The notes: generated from the sequence alone by a model not told the origin. A stretch of 64,000 nt of DNA from Candidatus Nanopelagicaceae bacterium (GCA_049287065.1 JBAQFB010000008.1:118071-182070), one strand, 5' to 3'; positions 21,231 through 30,798 are shown, numbered from the stretch's first letter. Numbers and translations: made by a program.

Positions 21231-21249
21231 GCTCAGGTAGGATCCCTTC

Positions 21250-21915
21250 ATGTCACGAGAGATCAGGATTACTCCTAGTATCCTTAATGCCGATTTCAAT
21301 GATCTTGCAGCTGAGATTGGTCGCATCGCGCAAGTTTCGGATCTCGTGCATGTAGATGTGATGGATAATCTTTTTGTTCCCAACTTTACTTTCGACTTTG
21401 AGACTGCCTCAAAAATTATTCGTGAGAGTGTTCTGCCGGTAGATGCACATTTGATGGTCCTAGATGCTGACCGGATTGCTCCTCAATACGCAGAGGCGGG
21501 TTGCATGAGTGTCACCTTGCATGTGGAGGCGACCGAGGACATCGCCGGAACACTTAAAGCAATTCGGCGGGAAGGTGCACGTGCTGGACTTGCGGTAAAG
21601 CCGGGCACCGAAATCACTGATTATGAGGAATTTTCAGACCTAGTCGATATGTACTTAATTATGACCGTCGAACCTGGTTTTGGTGGCCAGAGTTTTATGC
21701 ACGATATGGTGCCGAAAATTCAAAGGGCCAGGAAAATGATTGGCACCCGCCCGATCTGGCTCCAAGTCGATGGTGGGATATCTGAGGAGACAATTGAGGT
21801 CGCAACCGCTGCGGGAGCCGACACTTTTGTGGCGGGGAGTGCAGTCTTCAACGCAGAAGATCCAGCGCAAATGATCACTAAATTGCGCGCATTAGCGCAG
21901 TCTGTGCCAGAATAG
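21250..21915 (+). CDS. rpe: ribulose-phosphate 3-epimerase
   Basis: Has ITPSILNADF, HVDVMDNLFVPN, MTVEPGFGGQ and VDGGI motifs. Confidence 0.95.
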   Translation: MSREIRITPSILNADFNDLAAEIGRIAQVSDLVHVDVMDNLFVPNFTFDFETASKIIRESVLPVDAHLMVLDADRIAPQYAEAGCMSVTLHVEATEDIAGTLKAIRREGARAGLAVKPGTEITDYEEFSDLVDMYLIMTVEPGFGGQSFMHDMVPKIQRARKMIGTRPIWLQVDGGISEETIEVATAAGADTFVAGSAVFNAEDPAQMITKLRALAQSVPE

Positions 21916-21918
21916 AGC

Positions 21919-22048
21919 CACGTTGTTCCGGGGGTCGGTGTAAATCCGAACCGGCGGTTAAAGTCCGCGACCCGATCACATCCAGTGGTTGGTTGACTTG
22001 GCGAAATTCCAAGACCGACAGTTAAAGTCTGGATAAAGGAATACGTAC
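21919..22048 (+). promoter_or_regulatory. FMN riboswitch (RFN element)
   Basis: The conserved cores are present: GGGGUCGGUGUAAAUCCGAACCGGCGGUUAAAGUCCGCGACCC ... GGUUGACUUGGCGAAAUUCCAAGACCGACAGUUAAAGUCUGGAUAAAGGAA. A P1 helix forms from CGU..UUCC (21921-21929) and GGAAUACG (22038-22045). It lies directly upstream of ribD. Confidence 0.92.
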
Positions 22049-22116
22049 TGAACTGACGTCGTTATTTCGTCAGGTCTATGTGCTTTTTTACCCCCGGTAA
22101 ATTTGAGGGGGGAGAC

Positions 22117-23136
22117 ATGGACGATCGATTTCATATGACTCGTGCCCTTAATCTCTCACTGTTGGGACTAGGCAGGACATTCCCTAACCCCATTGTTGGA
22201 GCAGTCCTTGTCTCTTCTGCGGGTGAAGTCATTGGGGAAGGTTTCCACGCAGGTCGAGAGCATGCGGAAGTTCGCGCGTTAATGGATTGTTCAAAGCGCA
22301 AAAAGGATCCAACCGGCGCGACAATGTATGTGACCCTCGAACCGTGCAACCATTTCGGCAGAACGCCACCATGCACCCAGGCGTTGATAGCGGCGGGGAT
22401 ATCTCGTGTCGTCTTCGCTGTGCCGGATCCAAACCCCATCGCGCGGGGTGGTGCGCAGGATTTACTGGAAGCTGGATTCGAGGTCACATCCTCTCTGTTG
22501 GAAGGCGAGGCAAGAGAGTCAAATCGAGCATGGCTGCACAAGATTGAAACTGGCAGGCCATTGCTAATTTGGAAAGTTGCCAGCACTCTGGACGGATATT
22601 CGGCGGCACTTGATGGCACGTCAAAGTGGATCACCTCAGAAGACTCGAGAGCGTCGGTACAAGAACTGCGCGCGGAGTCCGACGTGATACTCATAGGCAC
22701 AGGCACCGCGTTGGCTGACAACCCCTCGTTGATTCCAAGAGGGGACGACCGTCGTCCTATTCGGATGGTCGTGGGTACTCGGTCGATTCCTGATGGTTCC
22801 AATTTGAGGAATGCAGAAGCACCCACGATATTTCTCAAAACACGAGATTTGAAAGAAGTAATCACTGCTCTGGTCGAACTGGATGTAAATCAAGTCCTCA
22901 TCGAATCTGGATCGGAATTAGGAACTTCTCTCTTGCGGGAGAACCTCGTCGATGAGATCCACTGGTATCAGGCTCCCACCCTGTTTGGAGCGGGTATTAG
23001 AACTGTGAGCGACCTCCATGTTACGACCATTTCGCAGCGTCTTGATTTTGATATCGTGAAGAACGAGAGAAAAGGACCCGATACTTTGACAGTACTTCGC
23101 CCGCGGATGAGAGAGAAAGTAGAGGCGCACTCATAA
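22117..23136 (+). CDS. ribD: bifunctional diaminohydroxyphosphoribosylaminopyrimidine deaminase / 5-amino-6-(5-phosphoribosylamino)uracil reductase
   Basis: Deaminase zinc motifs HAEV and PCNHFGRTPPC, plus a C-terminal reductase domain. The ATG at 22117 lies 5 nt after GAGGGGGGAG. The ORF-track start at 22078 has no SD. Confidence 0.92.
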   Translation: MDDRFHMTRALNLSLLGLGRTFPNPIVGAVLVSSAGEVIGEGFHAGREHAEVRALMDCSKRKKDPTGATMYVTLEPCNHFGRTPPCTQALIAAGISRVVFAVPDPNPIARGGAQDLLEAGFEVTSSLLEGEARESNRAWLHKIETGRPLLIWKVASTLDGYSAALDGTSKWITSEDSRASVQELRAESDVILIGTGTALADNPSLIPRGDDRRPIRMVVGTRSIPDGSNLRNAEAPTIFLKTRDLKEVITALVELDVNQVLIESGSELGTSLLRENLVDEIHWYQAPTLFGAGIRTVSDLHVTTISQRLDFDIVKNERKGPDTLTVLRPRMREKVEAHS

Positions 23137-23738
23137 TGTTTACCGGTCTCATACAAGAAGTGGGAACTATTGAGAAATTGATTGAACACGAAAGCTCGAT
23201 GGAGCTTCTCTTTGATGCGGGCCAACTGGCTCATCAAATTAAGGTGGGTGACTCAATTAGTGTGAATGGTGTCTGTTTGACGGCCACCGAGAATGATGGT
23301 TCGGTGAAAGTGGATGTGATGATTCAAACCTTGCGACTTTCGAGTTTGCGCGGCCTTCGCCCTGGAAGCAAGGTCAATTTGGAATTGGCAGTATTGCCGA
23401 TTGAACGTCTCGGTGGTCACATGGTCCAGGGGCATGTTGACGGAGTTGGCCAAGTGATAGCTCGCGAACCTGGTGAACGATGGGAACGACTTCTCCTTTC
23501 GATCCCAGCCAACCTAATGAAATATGTTGTGGCGCAAGGTTCAATTGCTGTTGACGGGGTATCCCTTACGGTAGGCAGTCTTGATGATGCTTCTTCTCAA
23601 ATTGAAATCTGGTTGATACCCGAAACGTTGTCAAAGACGACCCTTGGACTTCGTGAGGTGGGAGATTTCGTCAACATTGAGGTGGACGTCCTTGCTAAAT
23701 ACGTTGAAAGATTGTTGAAGACGGGGGGAAGTTCATGA
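23136..23738 (+). CDS. ribE: riboflavin synthase
   Basis: MFTGLIQEVGTI N-terminus and two homologous barrel halves (GDSISVNGVCLT / GSIAVDGVSLT). TAATG overlap with ribD. Confidence 0.93.
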   Translation: MFTGLIQEVGTIEKLIEHESSMELLFDAGQLAHQIKVGDSISVNGVCLTATENDGSVKVDVMIQTLRLSSLRGLRPGSKVNLELAVLPIERLGGHMVQGHVDGVGQVIAREPGERWERLLLSIPANLMKYVVAQGSIAVDGVSLTVGSLDDASSQIEIWLIPETLSKTTLGLREVGDFVNIEVDVLAKYVERLLKTGGSS

Positions 23739-24970
23739 TCCAAGACGCATTGAGTGCGTTTAGAAAAGGCTCTCTCATCATTGTTACCGATGATTTTGAT
23801 CGAGAGAATGAAGGAGACTTAATTGCACCAGCCTGCTTCATGGACACACAGAAAATGGCATTTATGGTCAGGCATACCTCTGGAGTCGTTTGTGTCGCCA
23901 TGGATTCTGAGCATGCTCGGGCGCTGGCACTTCCGCCGATGGTTTCTCGCAATGAAGACAGTAAGGGAACTGCCTTCACAATTACCGTCGACGTAAAAGC
24001 GGGAATTACAACGGGAATTTCTGCCCAAGAGCGCGCAAATACTGCGCGGGCATTGGCAGACCCTGCTTCCGTGGCATCCGATTTCGCCCGCCCTGGACAC
24101 ATCTTTCCTTTGATTGCTCATCCGGATGGACTAGCTGGTCGTAGAGGACATACGGAAGCCGGCGTTGCTCTATGTCAATTGACTGGGCTGCCACGAACGG
24201 CGGTCTTATCGGAATTGGTCAATGATGACGGAACAATGATGCGAGGAGCGCAATTGCGGGAGTTCGCTCAACAATGGAGTATCCCTACGATTTCTATTGC
24301 GGAGTTGGCTGAGTTGAATTATTCGCATCCCTTTATTGCCACTCATGCAGAGGTTGCTGCCCGCTCGTTGCTGCCCCGGGTTGGTGCTAATTGGAAAATA
24401 ATGGTCGTAAAAGGGGCGGAGGGCGATGAAAACGTTCTGCTTACCCTGGGTGGTGACGACTTCGCAGAGGATTCGCATGCCCCCCTTGTGAGAATACATT
24501 CCGAGTGCTTTACCGGCGAGGTGCTTGGCTCCACTCGGTGCGAGTGTGGTCCGCAACTGCAAAGTTCCTTAGCGCTCATTGAAGATGAGGGAAGAGGAGT
24601 TTTGATTTATCTGCGGGGACACGAGGGCCGCGGAATCGGATTGATTGAAAAGATTCGGGCTTACGCTCTCCAGGACGACGGGCTAGATACTGTCGAGGCG
24701 AATTTAGCGCTGGGTCATGAAATAGACGAGCGAAAATGGCACGATGCAATCGAACTACTTGAATTGTTGCATCTAAGAAGGATTCGCTTGTTGACCAATA
24801 ATCCCGAGAAGGTAGCGGCACTCGAAGGCGCCGGAATAGACGTCGAAATAGTCTCACTGGTAGTGGGACAAAGTAGCTCGAACGCTCGTTACCTAGCTAG
24901 CAAAAGGGACAGAATGGGCCACTTAATTCCCAGCGATATCGATCTCTTCGGAAAGGAATCAATCAGATGA
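23735..24970 (+). CDS. ribBA: bifunctional 3,4-dihydroxy-2-butanone-4-phosphate synthase / GTP cyclohydrolase II
   Basis: DHBP synthase half (VTDDFDRENEGDL, RRGHTEA) and GCH-II half (RIHSECFTGEV..CECG, HEGRGIGL). ATGA overlap with ribE. Confidence 0.95.
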   Translation: MIQDALSAFRKGSLIIVTDDFDRENEGDLIAPACFMDTQKMAFMVRHTSGVVCVAMDSEHARALALPPMVSRNEDSKGTAFTITVDVKAGITTGISAQERANTARALADPASVASDFARPGHIFPLIAHPDGLAGRRGHTEAGVALCQLTGLPRTAVLSELVNDDGTMMRGAQLREFAQQWSIPTISIAELAELNYSHPFIATHAEVAARSLLPRVGANWKIMVVKGAEGDENVLLTLGGDDFAEDSHAPLVRIHSECFTGEVLGSTRCECGPQLQSSLALIEDEGRGVLIYLRGHEGRGIGLIEKIRAYALQDDGLDTVEANLALGHEIDERKWHDAIELLELLHLRRIRLLTNNPEKVAALEGAGIDVEIVSLVVGQSSSNARYLASKRDRMGHLIPSDIDLFGKESIR

Positions 24971-25443
24971 GCGGTGAAGGCGCACCAGCAATTTCCATAC
25001 CAAAAGTTCCGGGAGCGAGAGTTGCCATCATTAGTTCTCAGTGGCATATGGAAATATGCCAAGCACTCGTTTCAGGTGCGCAGCGAGCCTGCGTCCAAGG
25101 GGATTTGGCGCAACTGAGAGTCGATTGGGTTCCGGGATCCTTCGAGCTACCTCTCGCTGCCGCCATGATTCTGGATAGTGGCTATGACGCCGCGATTGTT
25201 CTTGGATTGGTACTTAGAGGCGAGACTCCGCATTTTGATTTTGTCTGTGAGGGGGTAACGCACGGCATCATGAAACTCACACTCGAGTCCAGGAAGGCAA
25301 TTGGATTCGGCGTGCTCATGTGCGACACCTTGGAGCAGGCAACAGCACGTTCAGGATTGCCTGGAAGCGTTGAAGATAAGGGTTTCGAGGCCGCGTCAGC
25401 TGCCTTGCAAATGCTCCATCTGCAACGTTCGCTTGTGCAGTAA
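24967..25443 (+). CDS. ribH: 6,7-dimethyl-8-ribityllumazine synthase
   Basis: 158 aa. VPGSFELP and GLVLRGETPHFDFVCEGV are lumazine synthase motifs. ATGA overlap with ribBA. Confidence 0.93.
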   Translation: MSGEGAPAISIPKVPGARVAIISSQWHMEICQALVSGAQRACVQGDLAQLRVDWVPGSFELPLAAAMILDSGYDAAIVLGLVLRGETPHFDFVCEGVTHGIMKLTLESRKAIGFGVLMCDTLEQATARSGLPGSVEDKGFEAASAALQMLHLQRSLVQ

Positions 25444-25452
25444 AGTTCTCAA

Positions 25453-25716
25453 ATGAAGTCATTCGAAGATTTGTGGGTCGAACTGCAGGAAAAGGCGCTC
25501 GAACGTCCAGCGGGTTCAGGGACAGTTCAGGCCCTGGATGCGGGCGTGCACTTCATCGGCAAGAAAGTTCTGGAGGAGGCCGGTGAAGTTTGGCTTGCTG
25601 CCGAATATGAGAGTGATGAAAAGTTGGCCGAAGAAATCAGCCAGTTGATATACCACCTGCAAACTCTGATGTTGGTTCGGGGAATCTCCCTCGACAATGT
25701 TTACCGTTATCTTTAG
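25453..25716 (+). CDS. hisE: phosphoribosyl-ATP pyrophosphatase
   Basis: 87 aa. [11 protein letters not shown]...[18 protein letters not shown]...[11 protein letters not shown] is the MazG-like HisE pattern. Confidence 0.9.
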   Translation: MKSFEDLWVELQEKALERPAGSGTVQALDAGVHFIGKKVLEEAGEVWLAAEYESDEKLAEEISQLIYHLQTLMLVRGISLDNVYRYL

Positions 25717-25724
25717 GGAGTCTC

Positions 25725-26570
25725 GTGCTACGCATTGCTGTTCCTAATAAGGGCTCTCTCTCTGAATCTGCATCTGAAGTTCTGCGTGAGGCAGGCTATC
25801 GCCAGCGCACAGATATGCGAGACCTGGTTCTGTCAGATCCCGATAACGGCGTGGAGTTTTATTACCTAAGACCCAGAGATATCGCGGTTTATGTCGGATC
25901 TGGCGAACTCGAAGCAGGTATTACCGGAAGAGATTTGTTGATTGACTCGGGTGCGCCTGCACAAGAGGTTCTGGAATTGGATTTTGGCACCTCGACTTTC
26001 CGTTTTGCGGCAAGTGTCGAACGCGAATGGACCTTGCAGGATGTCGAGGGAAAGCGAGTGGCCACTGCATACCCTGGCCTTGTGTCGGATTATCTTTCCA
26101 GAGCCAATATTTCAGCTTCCGTCGTTAGATTGGACGGCGCAGTTGAAAGTAGCGTCCGTCTGGGAGTTGCAGACGTAATCGCCGATGTCGTCAGTACCGG
26201 CAACACGCTGCGACAGGCCGGATTGAAGATTTTCGGCGAGCCGATACTGACAAGTGAAGCGGTGCTGATTCAACGCGCTGGATCAGAAATTCGCCCCGAA
26301 CTCGAAATTCTCATCCGCCGCTTGCAGGGTGTGATTATTGCGCGTCGTTACGTCCTACTTGATTACGACGTACCGCGCGCCCTCGTTCAGGAAGCATGCG
26401 CAATCACTCCGGGTTTGGAATCGCCCACGATTTCGCCCTTGCAGAAGCCGGATTGGGTTGCCGTACGCGCAATGGTTCTTCGTAAGGAGACCAATCATGT
26501 GATGGATGCGCTCTGGGCCCTAGGGGCTCGTGGAATACTCGTTACAGATATTCACGCCTGCCGACTCTGA
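25725..26570 (+). CDS. hisG: ATP phosphoribosyltransferase (long form)
   Basis: 281 aa. Has [41 protein letters not shown] and a C-terminal regulatory domain. Confidence 0.93.
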   Translation: MLRIAVPNKGSLSESASEVLREAGYRQRTDMRDLVLSDPDNGVEFYYLRPRDIAVYVGSGELEAGITGRDLLIDSGAPAQEVLELDFGTSTFRFAASVEREWTLQDVEGKRVATAYPGLVSDYLSRANISASVVRLDGAVESSVRLGVADVIADVVSTGNTLRQAGLKIFGEPILTSEAVLIQRAGSEIRPELEILIRRLQGVIIARRYVLLDYDVPRALVQEACAITPGLESPTISPLQKPDWVAVRAMVLRKETNHVMDALWALGARGILVTDIHACRL

Positions 26571-27769
26571 TCGTCGGCCTCTTCCACCTCTTCGCGCGCA
26601 ATTCCCATTAGGTATAAGACGCTGTCCAAGTAAGGCTGAGTCAGCGCGCTATCAGCCACTGCGGAAACTACTGGTTTGGCGTTGAAGGCAACCCCAAGTC
26701 CAGCTGCAGCAATCATGTCCAGGTCGTTGGCTCCATCACCGATCGCAATGGTCTGCTCCATCTCGACGCCGCAGAGTTCGGCGAATTCGCGTAATGCCAG
26801 AGCTTTGGCAGCACGATCAATTACTGGCCCTTGAGTTCGTCCGGTCAACTTGCCGTCGATTACTTCAAGGCTATTTGCTCGATACATGCTTATACCGAGC
26901 TCGGCTAAAAGGGGTTCGATGACTTCGATGAAACCTCCGGAGACAACCGCGACGGTATGCCCCAACCGTTGGAGAGTACGGATCAGAGTACGAGCGCCAA
27001 TCGTCAAGGTGATTTCGCCGCGCACTTGCGCGATCACGGATTCGGGCAGTCCTGCAAGGAGGGCCACTCGTGCCTGCAAGGACTCTGCGAAATCGATGTC
27101 GCCGCGCATAGCCGACTCCGTGATTTTCTTAACTGCCTCGCCCACCCCAGCCTTGGCGGCGAGCAGTTCGATGATTTCCTGCTGTATCAGCGTCGAATCG
27201 ACATCCATCAGGATCAGTCGTCTTGCCCAGCGCATGAGACCACCTCGTTGGACCGCGATATCTACTCCATGTTCGCGCGTCACCACTGCCAAAGCGGTAC
27301 GAATTTCTTCTTGGGAGGCACCAGATACGACGAATTCAAAGGCGGTGACCGGGTAGGAAGCAGTTCGATGAATACGCTCGATGTTAGTTTGATGGTTGGC
27401 CAATTCTGTGGATATAGCTGCTATCGCCGAAGGAGACAGGGATCGGCCCAGGACGGTAACGTGCAAAAGACCAGTTTTGGCCGCGATCGATTCGGGGGCA
27501 AGGTGTGAGAAGGAAACCGCTATATCAACGCTCAAATCCGCACCACAGGCGGTCAAATCCGCCTCGATGGCCGAGGCGTGCGCAGGATTTAGGGAGATCA
27601 GTACCGTCAGAATGAGCCGTTCGCGGATCACAATCTGCTCTATGTCCAATATGGTGATCGAAAAGGGGGAGAGGGTCGAAAAGAGCGCCTTAGTGATCCC
27701 CGGTGAGTCAACTCCTGATAAGAGGATCAAACCCGTGAAAGGCGCAGATTCCTGGTGGTTCGAAGGCAT
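26552..27769 (-). CDS. serB: phosphoserine phosphatase SerB with N-terminal ACT domains
   Basis: 405 aa. HAD motif [20 protein letters not shown], and GDGANDLDM. It has an ~180-aa ACT-like N-terminal extension, as in mycobacterial SerB2. Its 3' end overlaps the hisG 3' end by 19 nt. Confidence 0.9.
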   Translation of the reverse strand: MPSNHQESAPFTGLILLSGVDSPGITKALFSTLSPFSITILDIEQIVIRERLILTVLISLNPAHASAIEADLTACGADLSVDIAVSFSHLAPESIAAKTGLLHVTVLGRSLSPSAIAAISTELANHQTNIERIHRTASYPVTAFEFVVSGASQEEIRTALAVVTREHGVDIAVQRGGLMRWARRLILMDVDSTLIQQEIIELLAAKAGVGEAVKKITESAMRGDIDFAESLQARVALLAGLPESVIAQVRGEITLTIGARTLIRTLQRLGHTVAVVSGGFIEVIEPLLAELGISMYRANSLEVIDGKLTGRTQGPVIDRAAKALALREFAELCGVEMEQTIAIGDGANDLDMIAAAGLGVAFNAKPVVSAVADSALTQPYLDSVLYLMGIAREEVEEADDQSRQA

Positions 27770-27801
27770 GGGCTGAGATTACCCTGGTTTCGAGAGGGCT
27801 C

Positions 27802-28629
27802 GTGGCGACGAAGGACGAGCATTGCCACTATCTTTCTACCTGTATGAGTCAAAGAACTGTCTCGCTCTCAGATGTTAGCGTCCGCCGAGGCGACCGCGTA
27901 ATTCTCGGACCTGTCAATTTCTCGGTCTCTGAAGGTGAGCATTGGGTAATACTTGGTCCCAACGGCGCCGGAAAATCGACGCTCCTAAAACTTTTGTCGG
28001 CTATGAGTTTTCCGACTCTCGGAACTGTAGAAATTCTGGGAGAGCTGCTTGGCAAAGTGGACGTCTTCGAACTGCGCCCCCGGCTGGGTTTTTGTAGCTC
28101 ATTGATGGCGGAAAACATCCCAGCCGAAGAACTGGTACGGGATGTAGTTCTGACCGCGGCCTACGCGATCGTAGGTCGATGGACTGAGAAATATGATCTT
28201 TGGGATGAATCCAGGGCGATCGCCCTTCTCACCACCTTTGGAGTGCGCGAACTAGGCGATCGGGAATACGGAACTTTGAGCGAAGGGGAGCGGAAGCGGG
28301 TTCAAATTTGCCGCGCCTTGATGACGGACCCCGAAATTCTTCTACTCGACGAACCCGCCGCCGGCCTGGATCTGGGAGGTCGTGAAGATCTTCTGAAACG
28401 TTTCGCAAAATTCTCGAGTGACCCACAATCACCAGTAACCATTCTGGTTACGCACCACATTGAAGAAATTCCCGTCGGCACCACGCACGCGTTGCTCCTA
28501 AAAGATGGCGCGATTGCGGTTTCAGGACCGGTCAACCAAGTCATCACATCTGAGCATGTTTCCGCTGTTTTTGGACTTCCCATCCAAGTGCAGAGAGAAG
28601 GAGCGCGATTTTTCGCTAAGGCCCAGTGA
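27802..28629 (+). CDS. orphan ABC-type ATPase (ModF/YlmA-like), no cognate permease in the window
   Basis: Walker A GPNGAGKST, signature LSEGERKRVQICRAL, Walker B LLLDEPAAGLD, and H-loop VTHH. The alternative start ATG at 27844 seems at least as likely as the GTG at 27802. Confidence 0.85.
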   Translation: MATKDEHCHYLSTCMSQRTVSLSDVSVRRGDRVILGPVNFSVSEGEHWVILGPNGAGKSTLLKLLSAMSFPTLGTVEILGELLGKVDVFELRPRLGFCSSLMAENIPAEELVRDVVLTAAYAIVGRWTEKYDLWDESRAIALLTTFGVRELGDREYGTLSEGERKRVQICRALMTDPEILLLDEPAAGLDLGGREDLLKRFAKFSSDPQSPVTILVTHHIEEIPVGTTHALLLKDGAIAVSGPVNQVITSEHVSAVFGLPIQVQREGARFFAKAQ

Positions 28630-29285
28630 ATTTCTCAAGCAAGTTCTTGGAGAATATCCACCCTGAGTGGCTTACGGCACTTCAAAGTGTCATACCGAAA
28701 ATCGAGGAAATTGAGAGTTCATTACAGGGCACCATATTCAATCCGGCACCCGAGAACGTTTTTCGGGCACTTCGATATCCACTCCAACAAACACGAGTCG
28801 TGATATTTGGACAAGATCCGTACCCAAATCGCCAGCATGCAATGGGATTGGCATTTTCGGTTCCCGAATCGGTTCGCCCTCTTCCCAGGACACTTGCCAA
28901 TATCTTTCGAGAATTGCATGAAGATCTCGGTGTAGAGATTCCGGCAAGTGGAGATCTCTCACCCTGGAGTTCCAGAGGCGTACTTCTACTAAATCGAATC
29001 CTTACCACTCACGCAGGCACGAGCGCGAGCCATGCGAATCTTGGTTGGGAGAGCGTCACCAACGAAATTGCCAGAGTACTTGGAGAACGGGAATTAATAG
29101 CCATCTTCTGGGGTAATTACGCAAAGCAATTGCTGGGCTATTTTAATCCCCAACTTTCAATTCAGTCCGTTCACCCGAGTCCGTTATCAGCCAGCCGCGG
29201 ATTTTTTGGCTCAAGGCCCTTTAGTAGGACCAATCAATTGCTTGCCCGACAATCTCAGCCAGCAATTGATTGGTCCTTAACGTAG
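28626..29285 (+). CDS. ung: uracil-DNA glycosylase (family 1)
   Basis: Has VVIFGQDPYP, GVLLLNRILT and SVHPSPLSA motifs. GTGA overlap with the preceding ABC ATPase. Confidence 0.93.
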   Translation: MNFSSKFLENIHPEWLTALQSVIPKIEEIESSLQGTIFNPAPENVFRALRYPLQQTRVVIFGQDPYPNRQHAMGLAFSVPESVRPLPRTLANIFRELHEDLGVEIPASGDLSPWSSRGVLLLNRILTTHAGTSASHANLGWESVTNEIARVLGERELIAIFWGNYAKQLLGYFNPQLSIQSVHPSPLSASRGFFGSRPFSRTNQLLARQSQPAIDWSLT

Positions 29286-29298
29286 ATTCGTACTTCGC

Positions 29299-30798
29299 TT
29301 AACCAATCCAAGTGTTAATCGGAGAGGTGAAGAAATAAATCATGAATAATCCAGCAACCAGGAGTAGCAAGGGATGTACTTCCTTGCGTCGTCCTTGAAT
29401 GAGTCGGATTACTACGTGGGAAACAAATCCTGCGCCGATACCTACCGAAATGTTGTAAGTAAATGGCATAAGGATGATGGTGAGAAACGCAGGAATTGCG
29501 ATACCAAGATCTTCCCAGTTTACGTGCTTGATCTGAGTCATCATCAAGAAGCCAACTACGACGAGAGCGGGAGTGGCTGCTTCATACGGAATGATGGCGA
29601 CTAATGGAGCGAGGAAAGTTGCGAAGAGAAAACAAACCCCAGTCACAACAGAGGCCAAGCCAGTTCGGGCGCCTTCTCCTACACCCGAAGCCGATTCAAT
29701 ATAGGAAGTGTTGGAAGAGATACTTGCAGCTCCTCCAGCCACAGCGGCCAACGAGTCGACGAGAAGAATTTGCTCTGTCTTAGGAATCATTCCGTTTGAA
29801 TCGATTAAACCACCCTCTGCTCCAATAGCGGTGACTGTGCCGACCGTGTCAAAAAAGTCGGAAAGCAAGAGCGTAAATACCAGCAAGATTGCCGCTATCA
29901 CCGAGATTCGACTAAACGAGCCGAGCAGACTGAAATGGCCCAGCAATCCGAAATCTGGTGTATCAACAATTTTGGATGGAACCGTCGGAATATTGAGACC
30001 CCAACCCTTTGGGTTGAATTCGGTCGGAGACACAAAACTTGGACCGATCTTGAATGCCTTCTCTACAATGACGGCAGCCAGGGTTGCCAGCGCTATACCG
30101 ATAAGCAGCGCTCCCTTAACTTTCTTGACCAGCAGGCCAATCATCAAGAAGAGCCCAAAGGCAAAAATAATTACCGGCCAACCAACCAGAGTGCCATTAT
30201 CGCCTAACGTAACTGGAACGGGGCCAGAGCCAGTGCGGCGAACGAATCCGGCATCGACAAGTCCAATCAAGGCGATAAAAAGCCCGATACCGACAGAGAT
30301 TGCAATCTTGAGTTGTTGCGGCACGGCATGGAAGACCGCGGTTCGAAACCCGGTAAGGACTAGAACCGTAATGATGAGCCCCTCAAGTACTACTAAACCC
30401 ATTGCATCAGCCCATGACATCTTGGATGCGATACCTACTGCCACGAAGGTGTTGAGACCAAGTCCAGTCGCGAGGGCGAGTGGGAAGTTTCCAACAACTC
30501 CCATCAAGATTGTGAGCACTCCTGCGACCAACGCGGTAGCAGCGGCGATCATCGCCAAGTTGGGATGTGATCCGTCCCCACCTAGATATTTTCCGTCGCC
30601 GTCTTTTGTCAGGCCGATAATCAATGGATTCAGAGCGATGATGTAGGCCATTGTGAAAAATGTGACGATGCCGCCCCGCACCTCCCGCCCAACGGTCGAT
30701 CCTCTTTCGGTTATTTTGAAATATGTATCAAGCACGTCCAACCCCTTACTGTTTTGGTATCGGGGGTGTTTGCGACCCCGTGTAGTTTCACGACCCAC
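29299..30798 (-). CDS. NCS2-family purine (adenine/guanine/hypoxanthine) permease, AzgA/PurP-like
   Basis: The polytopic membrane protein shows LDTYFKITERGSTVGREVRGGIVTFFTMAYIIALNP, the hallmark N-terminus of this permease family. The real start is probably about 15-20 codons inside the ORF-track start. Confidence 0.87.
   Translation of the reverse strand: MGRETTRGRKHPRYQNSKGLDVLDTYFKITERGSTVGREVRGGIVTFFTMAYIIALNPLIIGLTKDGDGKYLGGDGSHPNLAMIAAATALVAGVLTILMGVVGNFPLALATGLGLNTFVAVGIASKMSWADAMGLVVLEGLIITVLVLTGFRTAVFHAVPQQLKIAISVGIGLFIALIGLVDAGFVRRTGSGPVPVTLGDNGTLVGWPVIIFAFGLFLMIGLLVKKVKGALLIGIALATLAAVIVEKAFKIGPSFVSPTEFNPKGWGLNIPTVPSKIVDTPDFGLLGHFSLLGSFSRISVIAAILLVFTLLLSDFFDTVGTVTAIGAEGGLIDSNGMIPKTEQILLVDSLAAVAGGAASISSNTSYIESASGVGEGARTGLASVVTGVCFLFATFLAPLVAIIPYEAATPALVVVGFLMMTQIKHVNWEDLGIAIPAFLTIILMPFTYNISVGIGAGFVSHVVIRLIQGRRKEVHPLLLLVAGLFMIYFFTSPINTWIG

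Noticed and set aside
29708-30646. A 312-aa ORF on the plus strand, antisense to the purine permease. Similar long antisense ORFs lie at 22131-22865 (in ribD), 11147-11737 (in pyrD), 14017-14589 (in coaBC), 7843-8454 (in carB), 3164-3706 (in pyrR) and 26850-27508 (in serB).
   Set aside because: Each lies entirely inside a confidently identified conserved gene on the other strand. They have low-complexity Ser/Pro/Arg/Thr-rich composition, no SD or recognisable motifs, and are the expected stop-poor antisense frames of GC-biased codon usage.
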